Assembly (NCBI GenBank): GCA_002071485.1
Contig: MWFF01000197.1
Span: 31,424 to 95,423, forward strand
Length of the DNA: 64,000 bases
Direction: 5' to 3'
Source of the DNA: Verrucomicrobia bacterium ADurb.Bin006
GTDB lineage: Bacteria; Verrucomicrobiota; Verrucomicrobiia; Limisphaerales; J093
Under the pieces are notes generated by a model that searched no databases, had not been told where the DNA came from, and worked only from the letters and a program-made list of their open reading frames with translations. Made by a program: the position numbers and the translations under genes. Shown in pieces: positions 9,551-17,300 of the stretch (position 1 is the first letter of the stretch; each line of letters begins with the position of its first letter).

Positions 9551-10051
9551 ATGCCAACTATGGCACAACCCGATCCGTTTCACGTGGTGTTGCTCGAACC
9601 CGAGATCGCGCCCAATACCGGCAACGTAGCCCGGCTCTGCGCGGCGACGCGGACCTGCCTGCACCTGATCGAGCCGTTCGGTTTCGAGTTGGATGACCGC
9701 CGACTTCAGCGCGCGGGCATGGACTATTGGCAGCACGTCGAGTGGCGCCGTTGGCCAAGTTGGGCCGAGTTCCGCGGCCAGGTACGATCCGATGCCAGGC
9801 TCTGGTTCATCGAGTCGCATGGCCCGCGGCTTTATGCGGAAGCGGCCTTTGCCCGGGGTGATTACTTGGTGTTCGGACGCGAGACCGCCGGGTTGCCGGC
9901 GGCGCTGCTCGCGGCGCACCGGGAGTGGTGGCTGCGATTGCCGATGTTCCACCCGCGGGCCCGGTCGTTGAACCTGGCGAACTGCGTGGGCATCGTGCTT
10001 TACGAGGCACTGCGGCAACAGGGATTCGCCGGAGAAATCGGGCCATCATAG
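9551..10051 (+). CDS. trmL: tRNA (cytidine/uridine-2'-O)-methyltransferase TrmL (SpoU/TrmH family)
   Basis: FHVVLLEPEIAPNTGNVARLCAATRTCLHLIEPFGFELDDRRLQRAGMDYW...GDYLVFGRETAGLP...SLNLANCVGIVLYEALRQ is near-collinear with the E. coli TrmL sequence as I remember it. I place the start at the internal ATG 9551 (MPTMAQPDPF). Confidence 0.88.
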   Translation: MPTMAQPDPFHVVLLEPEIAPNTGNVARLCAATRTCLHLIEPFGFELDDRRLQRAGMDYWQHVEWRRWPSWAEFRGQVRSDARLWFIESHGPRLYAEAAFARGDYLVFGRETAGLPAALLAAHREWWLRLPMFHPRARSLNLANCVGIVLYEALRQQGFAGEIGPS

Positions 10052-10243
10052 TCAGATTCTTCACGGCGCGGCACAGGCGCAGATGACCAGACTGGGCCAA
10101 TGCATGAAGTGGAGCGGCGACGCCTGTCTGCCGCCGGCAAATACCGTCTTCACTCGTGTTGGCTGGGGACGAGCCGTCCCCGCTCCGGCTTTTGCGGCTT
10201 CATGAATTGGCGCAGATAACCAGAAGGGGAGCGCCTTTCTCAG

Positions 10244-10271
10244 TTGCCAAGCAGGGGTGGGTGTTTATGGT
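10244..10271 (+). promoter_or_regulatory. Candidate sigma70-type promoter for tRNA-Val
   Basis: TTGCCA (10244-10249), a 16-nt spacer, then TATGGT (10266-10271), lying 13 nt upstream of the mature tRNA 5' end. This rests on the pattern match only. Confidence 0.3.
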
Positions 10272-10284
10272 CAGGGAAGGGCTT

Positions 10285-10360
10285 GGGCGATTAGCGTAGT
10301 GGCTAGCGCGTCTCCTTTACACGGAGTAGGTCGCAGGTTCGAATCCTGCATCGCCCACCA
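10285..10360 (+). tRNA. tRNA-Val (anticodon UAC), CCA encoded
   Basis: Hand-folded: GGGCGAT/ATCGCCC acceptor stem, GCGT..GCGC D-stem, TCTCC-TTTACAC-GGAGT anticodon arm (TAC), AGGTC variable loop, GCAGG-TTCGAAT-CCTGC T-arm, then A-CCA. Total length is 76 nt. Confidence 0.95.
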
Positions 10361-10362
10361 GA

Positions 10363-10500
10363 TTTGCTGAGGAAAATGAGAAGAACCCCAACGGCGGCGA
10401 GGCCGTGACCCACCGCCACCCGCAGGAGATCATAAAGGAAGTCGCCGCGCTGGATGCGAGGAGCTCGGAGGTGCTGGCGGGCATCAGGAAACTGGTATGA
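10363..10500 (+). pseudogene. C-terminal remnant (about 45 codons) of a type I R-M subunit, probably HsdM
   Basis: The frame immediately after the tRNA reads FAEENEKNPNGGEAVTHRHPQEIIKEVAALDARSSEVLAGIRKLV*. It has no start codon, and the frame is open back into the tRNA. Its stop overlaps the next gene's ATG (ATGA at 10497-10500). The acidic/helical tail resembles HsdM C-termini from memory only. Confidence 0.35.
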
Positions 10501-11138
10501 GCGACGATGGGAATAATGCGAAGAAAGGGACCCCGGGCGAAAAGCCGTCGCCTGATTCCCATCCCTCCCATGAAGATCATCCGATCATCCCCCCGCGCGG
10601 CGATTACCAGACGCTTCACTCGTTCCACAAAGCCGAGGTGGTGTATGACCTGACCTTCCGCTTCGCGCACAAGCATCTCGCCAAAGGCGACCGCACCATT
10701 GACCAGATGATCCAGGCCGCGCGCTCCGGCAAGAAGAACCTGCTCGAAGGCAGCAAAGCCGCCCTCACTTCCAAGGAAACCGAGATCAAGCTCACCAGTG
10801 TCGCCCGCGCCAGCCTGGAGGAACTGCTGGACGACTACCGCGACTACCTCCGCGTACGCGAGCACCGCGAGTGGGACAAGGACTCCAGGGAAGCCCTCTA
10901 CGTCCGCCGGCTCGGGCGTGTGGTCCCGCAGACCTACGAGCTGTACCGCGAGTTCCTGGACACGCGCCCGCCGGAGGTGGTGGCCAACATCGCCATCTGC
11001 CTCATCCACCAAGCGAACTACCTGATTGACCAGCAGCTCCGCCGCTTGGAGAAAGACTTCCTGGAACAGGGCGGCCTGCGCGAGCGCATGTTCCAGGCGC
11101 GCCTCCAACATCGCCGCCGACACCCGCCGAAGCCTTGA
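10497..11138 (+). CDS. Four-helix-bundle protein (23S rRNA intervening-sequence / Avd-like family) with suffix domain
   Basis: YQTLHSFHKAEVVYDLTFRFAHKHL...IDQMIQAARSGKKNLLEGS...EIKLTSVARASLEELLDDYRDYL...ANIAICLIHQANYLIDQQLRRLEKDFLEQGGLRERM shows the family pattern and typical length. Confidence 0.8.
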   Translation: MSDDGNNAKKGTPGEKPSPDSHPSHEDHPIIPPRGDYQTLHSFHKAEVVYDLTFRFAHKHLAKGDRTIDQMIQAARSGKKNLLEGSKAALTSKETEIKLTSVARASLEELLDDYRDYLRVREHREWDKDSREALYVRRLGRVVPQTYELYREFLDTRPPEVVANIAICLIHQANYLIDQQLRRLEKDFLEQGGLRERMFQARLQHRRRHPPKP

Positions 11139-11347
11139 CCCACACTCAGGCCATGCCGCCCGTTTCCCCCGCGGCCCGCCCGCGCGTTTTGCGGGGCATG
11201 GGAGCTATGGGACAAATGTGCCGCCGCCTACGCACCCCCGCCACCCCCGCCGCCCAAAGTGCCGAGGTGCCCGCGAAAATCATGAGGCTGCTGTTCTGTA
11301 TTACTATCTCAGCAGCATAATCGAGTTGCTCGACTCGCTCGGTACAG

Positions 11348-11824
11348 GTGCGACCTTCAAATATTGCGGAGGGCAGCCAGGCCAGCGGGACGTCCAAGAA
11401 GATGGAACTTAAGCTCACCAACGTGGCGCGGGCCAGCCTAGAGGAATTGCGGCTGGACTATGAGGATTTTCTTCGGCAGCGGAGATTGGCGCTCTACCGG
11501 CCGAACCACCCGGCGCTGATGCGCTTCAAGGCACGGCGCTGTGCTACGCTCGATGAGGTGCGAGCCTGGGTGGCGGAAGAGGTGGGAAAGGCACGGACGG
11601 ACTCGGACGGACACAAGGCGTCGAAGGGCGTGAATGTCTCTGAACGTCCGTGTGTGTCTGTGCCGAAGCCGGAGGAGCTTGTGGCCAACGCGGCGCTCTC
11701 GCTGCTGAATCTGGCATGCTACTTCCTGAACCGGCAACTGGCGGCCCAAGCGGAAGCCTTCGAGAAAGAGGGAGGTTTCACTGAGCGGCTCTACCGTGTG
11801 CGCCAGCAGCAGCGCCGACATTAG
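11348..11824 (+). pseudogene. N-terminally truncated paralog of the four-helix-bundle gene
   Basis: It begins (GTG) inside the conserved PSNIAEGS motif: (M)RPSNIAEGSQASGTSKKMELKLTNVARASLEELRLDYEDFL...LNLACYFLNRQLAAQAEAFEKEGGFTERLYRVR. This parallels residues about 85-205 of the upstream copy. An in-frame TAA at 11318-11320 removes helices 1-2. Confidence 0.55.
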
Positions 11825-11830
11825 AGTGCC

Positions 11831-12542
11831 ATGAACGAAGCCGAGACGAAGGCCGACCGGCGTGGATGCGCAGAACATCCGCAACATCGTGTTGATGCGG
11901 CCGGTGAATTCGATGATCGAGTTCAAGCAAATCATCGGGCGCGGCACGCGGCTATTCGATGGGAAGGATTACTTCACGATTTACGACTTCGTGAAGGCGC
12001 ACCAGCATTTCCTGGACCCCGAGTGGGATGGCGAGCCCGAACCACCCGAGGCGCCCGAACCCTGCCCGACGTGCGGTCAGCGTCCGTGCGTGTGCCGGAA
12101 GAAAGTGAAGGTGAAGCTGGCGGATGGCAAAGAGCGGACCATCCAGCACATGACGTGCACGAGCTTCTGGCATCCCGACGGCACGCCCATGAGCGCGCAA
12201 CAGTTCATGGAATTGCTCTTTGGCAGGCTGCCGGAGTTCTTCCACGACGAGGACGAGTTGCGCCGGATTTGGAGCGCGCCGGACACCCGCAAGAGACTGT
12301 TGCAGGGGCTGGCTGAGAAGGGGTTCGGCCACGACCAACTCTCCGAGATGCAGCGCATCATCGATCTCGAGGCCAGCGAAGTGGCTGATTCGTGCGCATC
12401 GCACTTCTCGCGCGAAGTTCGACTGGCCCTTTCCAGGAACCGCCTGCGCAAGCCGTTGATAATTAACAAAAGGGGTAATCCGAACGTCCAACGCGCAACG
12501 TTCAACATCCAACTTTCAACGAACCGCTTCGTTGAACGTTGA
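11831..12542 (+). pseudogene. hsdR: hsdR (type I restriction R subunit, EcoEI-like) with a massive internal deletion and frameshift
   Basis: The ATG at 11831 gives MNEAETKADR, the typical HsdR N-terminal opening 'NEAETRA'. From 11862, in a different frame, the sequence reads (G)VDAQNIRNIVLMRPVNSMIEFKQIIGRGTRLF (helicase motifs V-VI). An EcoEI_R_C-like tail follows (WHPDGTPMSAQQFMELLFGRLPEFF...RRIWSAPDTRKRLL). Confidence 0.7.
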
Positions 12543-12622
12543 GCGTTGGAAGTTGGGCGTTGAACGTTCCCCGGTTCATGGGTCCAATGCGCATTAAACC
12601 GTTGAATGTCAATGCTTTCCAG
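12482..12622. repeat. Intergenic structured repeat, copy R2 (GTTGAAC-type imperfect palindrome plus core)
   Basis: 12482-12568 is an imperfect inverted repeat built from GTTGAAC/GTTCAAC-like units (..CAACGTTCAACATCCAACTTTCAACGAA CCGC TTCGTTGAACGTTGAGCGTTGGAAGTTGGGCGTTGAACGTT). The core at 12573-12622, GGTTCATGGGTCCAATGCGCATTAAACCGTTGAATGTCAATGCTTTCCA, matches the reverse complement of the R3/R4 cores. Confidence 0.6.
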
Positions 12623-12752
12623 GAGCGGGGTGCAGAATATCGGGGAAAGTCCACGGCCTTCGCTGCTTTGACGCGCCCCTCGAGGGCGTGTACGCTTGAG
12701 GCATTGCTGGTAAAGCCCAGCTTCACTGAACAATCAAACCTCCATCCGTCTT

Positions 12753-13541
12753 ATGAGAATGAGAAACGTGTCTCGGCCTCCGAGTCCGCTCCGGTTCGCA
12801 GTCGGCACCGCCATCGTTTGGTTGATGGCGTCTTGCGCATGGGCGGCTGATCTCGTCCAGTATCATTACAGCTTGAACGCCGATTGGAGTGACGTGGCGA
12901 ATCCGAATGGCGTTTGGTCCTACAACCACGGTGACGTGCCCATCAAGACCTATCAGACCTTCTGGTGGGGCCAAGCGGGCTGGGGCTACTATTCGAATGC
13001 CGATGGCAGCATTCTGAAAGGCAGCCCCGAGTCGGGCAAAGATCATGACTGGCTGTTGGGTGATGTGGTTATGCACTCGCTTTCTCGTAATTACGGTGGC
13101 GCAACAACCTTCCTGAATGTGAAATGGACCAGCCCCGCTGATGGAGTTGTTGATATCGCCGGTCGCGCCTGGGAGGCCGAGATCTACGCTGATCGCGACG
13201 TCCGTTGGACTCTGAGCGTGGCCGGGCAGACCGTGGCCGCGCGCGGCTCGGTTCAAGGACTGTATCGAACGGATGCGGGCGCGCAATTCGCCGCCAACGT
13301 GACGGCCGGCAGCAGCCTCCAGAACATTCCCGTCAATGTGGGCGACGTCGTGCAGTTCAGCGTGATGAGCGAGCAGGGGTACGGTCACTTTGTCGGGGTC
13401 GAAGAGAACATCACGCTCACGGTCGTTCCCGAGCCTGGCGTCGGAGCACTGCTGGTTGCGGGCGGCGCCGCTTTGGGGATGATGCGCCGCTGTCGGCAAC
13501 GTGAATCGGGGCGAGGGCCATTGGCCAGGATGGTAGAGTAA
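12753..13541 (+). CDS. PEP-CTERM sorting-domain secreted protein
   Basis: N-terminal signal (AVGTAIVWLMASCAWA). The C-terminus ...LTVVPEPGVGALLVAGGAALGMMRRCRQR shows the VPEP motif, a TM helix and a basic tail. Confidence 0.8.
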   Translation: MRMRNVSRPPSPLRFAVGTAIVWLMASCAWAADLVQYHYSLNADWSDVANPNGVWSYNHGDVPIKTYQTFWWGQAGWGYYSNADGSILKGSPESGKDHDWLLGDVVMHSLSRNYGGATTFLNVKWTSPADGVVDIAGRAWEAEIYADRDVRWTLSVAGQTVAARGSVQGLYRTDAGAQFAANVTAGSSLQNIPVNVGDVVQFSVMSEQGYGHFVGVEENITLTVVPEPGVGALLVAGGAALGMMRRCRQRESGRGPLARMVE

Positions 13542-13706
13542 GAGAGGCATGAAGGCGCGCAAGCCCTTGGGCACGGCCTTGTGGATGATGGAAGGCAGGA
13601 CCGGGAAAGAACAAAGGCGCCACCTGATCCAGAAGCTCGACTGATGCCGATCCTGGTGGATGCCGGCGCGGTTTGCGCATCGAGGGCCCGATCGAGGAGG
13701 GCTGGA

Positions 13707-14087
13707 TCAGGCAGAGGGATCGGGCGCAGCCTTGCGGCGTCTGCGGCGAACAGGGGCCTTCTTGGGAGGCGGTTCGGGCGTTGGTGGCGGCAGCTCGGGC
13801 GCGACGAGGAGGTAACGGGCGCAATTGTCGCACATGGCGATATCCTCGTCCCGCAGCAACGCGGCGTGGACGCCAGTGGCGAGTCTCATCTGGCAGCCGG
13901 AACACACTCCATGCCGCACTAGAGCGACCCCTTTCTTGCCGCGGGCTCGCAGGCGATCATAGTGCGCCAGAATCGGCTCGGGGACCTCCTTGCGCAAAGC
14001 GTCGATGATCGAGCGACTTCCGGGTGCCTCGGCTTTCGGTCCCATCTCCAATTCCTGCAGTTCCAGCAAACGCTCTATGACTTTCAT
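13707..14087 (-). CDS. C4 zinc-ribbon protein (COG1579-like, short form)
   Basis: HGVCSGCQMRL...IAMCDNCARYL provides two CxxC pairs. The N-terminus is helical and the tail is Pro/Arg/Lys-rich. Confidence 0.65.
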   Translation of the reverse strand: MKVIERLLELQELEMGPKAEAPGSRSIIDALRKEVPEPILAHYDRLRARGKKGVALVRHGVCSGCQMRLATGVHAALLRDEDIAMCDNCARYLLVAPELPPPTPEPPPKKAPVRRRRRKAAPDPSA

Positions 14088-14371
14088 CTCTTCGAGGCCT
14101 CGTGTGCGCGACAGGCAGAGAGTGTTGCGATTTGGTTTCTGAAAATCCAGAGAAATATGTGAAGAATCTCTAACCCGGAAATCTCACCAGTGGGGCGACC
14201 GCGGCATTCCGGACGATCTGCGGGTGTGATTTCCGGGTCTGTGAGCCCGCTTTTCAGGTGAAGCGTGACGGTGACCGGTCAGATGACATTGACAGTTGGC
14301 GAGAAATGCGGGCTGAACTCCGGATTCGGCGCTGCCGGCGCGTCAGGTGTTGAGTTGGACGGAGCCCGGGA

Positions 14372-17300
14372 TCACGGTCCGACCAGCAGGAGCCGGTAGA
14401 TCCGGAACGATGTGAATGGCTCGGTGAACGCGCCATCGTCGACGAACGAGTAGAAGCTCGTGGGCGACGTGATGTCGATCGGGATCGTGATCCAGGGGAT
14501 CGGGCTGGAGGCCGGGATCGTTGTGGCGTACTGGAGTCGAAAGACCAGGCCGGGGTATGTGCTCCAAGTGAGCGTCACCGTGCCGTCGGGGGCGATGAAC
14601 GGCATGTCGAGGAAGATGCCCGTCGGATCGTCATCGGCGTATTGCTCGGCCACGAGGAGGTAGGTGACGGCGCTCTGGGTCTGGTTGAACACGCGCACGA
14701 ACCAGTCGCCGGGCACCAATGGCTGCGGGACGCTGTTCGTCTTCACCTCGATGAATTCGGGAGTGATGCCGGGCGTGCCACCCAGGTAGTCGAAGAGCCA
14801 CGTTTCGGGAAGTTGGCCGAAACGCAGGGCGAGGTCGGCATCGCCGTTGAGGGGAGTCAGGCGGAACAGAGCGCGCGTGGCATTGGGGACGACGGTGAAG
14901 CGGTAGGCATCGGGGATGCAGCCCCCGCCTTCGAGAGTGCTGCCGATCGTGTTTGTGATCGTGACGCCGGCGCGGAGCACGGGCAGAAGATCGAGGCCGT
15001 AGCCGGCGCTGAGCCGGAAGGGGGTGTCGGTCGGGGCGCGATTGATGACAGCGACATACCAATCCCCGCGCAAATCGGGCACGGCATCGTTCGTGCAGAT
15101 GAGGATGCGGGTGGGGAGGCCGGGGGCGGCCTCGTCGTCGCGCAAGCTGTCGCACGGTCCCGGCCGGCTGTTGCGGCTGACCAGGAGCCGGGCGGGATTC
15201 GAGAATGATTCGAGGTCGAACTGGACGGCGGGGACGGCATTGGTGACGGAGAAGACGAAGTAGGAGCAGGTGTCGTTGCCTGGGCGGGCGGTGGCGATGA
15301 TCGGTTGATCGGCTGCCAGCGGCGTATCCGTATAGGCGTGCTGTTCTTCAACCCAGAGCCGGTATTGGACGCCGCGGTCCTCGCGGTTTTCGATGCCCAG
15401 GTACCAGTGGCCGGCGAACAGGGGGACGCAGGAGCGCTGGTTGACAACGATCACCTCGGCGTTGGTGCCGGGGCTGTTGGCGGCGTACTCGAACCAATCG
15501 GGTTGCGGGCGCAGAGGCGGCTCCGAACGCGCGTTGCGGATATAGAGGTTGAGGTCTCCGTCGAGGGGTTCGAGGTGGAATCGGACGCACACGGCTCCTT
15601 GGGGCACGGTGTAGCAGTAATACTGAAGATCGTCTGACGCGGGCATGACGGCGCTCACGCCGCCCGGGGGCAGCGGATCGAGTTCGGGGCAGATGTCGCG
15701 GTTTTCATTCGGAAAGAAATCGACCCGGAGGGCAAACTCGGCAGTGGTGGCCTGATCGTTGCGAACGCCCAGATAATAGGTGCGGCCCGGCTCGAGGCGG
15801 GGCGCGCCGGCGAAATTGTTTGTGGCCTGCAAGTCGGACGAGGTGAGCCAGGAGCCGTTGGTGGCGACGATCGCATAACCGGGTGCGTCCATGACGACGT
15901 TGGTGAGCAACCGGAAATCGCCGTACTCGGGCTCGCCGGTCGGCAACCCCTTGGCGTTGAACCAGAGGTCGATGCCGGCCGCGGCGAGGTTGGTGAGCGT
16001 GTTGAGCACCCGCTCGGTCCCCTCCGGCACATTGACCATGAAATAGCGTGTGGCGCGTGGCAGCGTGTTGGTGTAGGTCACGCCGTTGGTGAGGGTGAGG
16101 ATGGGATAGAGTGGCGGCCCGAACTGGAGGTCCAACTGCCAGGTGAGAAGCTCGGGATCGATGTCGTTGGTCGCGCCGGTCCGGCGGTCGACCACTTCGA
16201 GGCGCCAGTCCCCGACCGCGAGTTGGCCGATGAGGCTCGACATGGATTCCTCGGGCTGGAAATAGCGTGGGCGCAACTCGGTCACCTCGATCGAGTCAAT
16301 CAAAGCCCCGGGAACGATCGCTTCGAGATCGATCCGCGTGTGGGACGCCGCGGCCAGGAACGTGATCGTGTTCGTCTGCCACTGGTCGCTGTCCGAGTTG
16401 AAGACGCGGGCGCTCCGGCTCAGCCAGTTGGTGCCCCAAGCCTCGCAACCGGACATCGATGCCGCATCGTCCGCTCCGCCGACGGTCAGAAGGGTGCGCG
16501 CGCGGCCGGGGGGCGGGGCTTTGCCGACCCTGCGCATGGCATAGATGGCGTGGATTTCGTCGGCGGTAAGGGCGCGCGCATAGAGGCTGAGTTCGTCGAT
16601 GATCCCGTTGAAGCCGTCGAGGCCGCCGAGAGCCGGATGGCCCACCGCGTTGGTGGCGATGAGAAGGCTGAGGGCGTCGGGTTGAGCAAGATCGATTGTG
16701 CCGGCCAGTGAGCCGGGGAGCGCCACATGGCGATCGAGCGCGCCGTCCACATAGAGCCGCATCTCGACGCGGTCGGGGCTCACCTGACGGAAGGTGCCGG
16801 CGACGTGATGGAAGCGCTCGGTGCTGAGCGCCTCGCGGGATCGGATCAGCTCGAAGAGTGAATCTTCGGAGTCGGGATGTCCCTGGACCCACGGATCGTT
16901 GTACCAGAGTTCGACTCCCCCCTCCGGGGAGACGCCCAATCCGTAGTTGACTAGGGCATTGCCCAGGCCGTTTGTGGCAACGGATTGCCGGATGGCGATT
17001 GGTCCGCCCAGGGGTGGCGCGTTGGTGAGGTCGAGGGCGTTGGAAAGGTTGACCCAGGCCTCGATGGTCCACTGATTGGTGGTTTCGAGGGACGGGTCAT
17101 ACGGGATGACGATGTGCCCCGCGTTAGTCATGAAGAGAAAGCCTCGGCCGGGATCGGCGCAGGCGTCGTAGACGAAGGCGTTGGTGTAGCGAATCTCGCC
17201 TTCCGCATCGCCTTCACGGCCGCTTATCCGGTCGGTGAGGTTTCCTCCGCCGGGCCACCAGCCGACGATGTCCGCGGGCATCGGCTGACGCCGGTGGGCG

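Noticed and set aside
10317-11123. Minus-strand 268-aa ORF overlapping the tRNA and the four-helix-bundle gene
   Set aside because: It overlaps a well-folded tRNA-Val and lies antisense to a gene with clear family motifs.
10497-11824. Diversity-generating retroelement (the 4HB proteins belong to the Avd-like family)
   Set aside because: There is no reverse transcriptase ORF and no template/variable repeat pair in the vicinity.
12482-12622. Possible CRISPR array or tandem repeat (GTTGAAC-like units)
   Set aside because: There is no regular repeat-spacer periodicity and no cas genes. The units form an imperfect palindrome and belong to the intergenic repeat family.
10285-13600. Intact integrative element or prophage at tRNA-Val
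   Set aside because: I found no integrase, recombinase or phage-like ORF, and by eye no downstream direct repeat of the tRNA 3' end. Only R-M remnants and 4HB genes are present, so I describe it as a decayed island.
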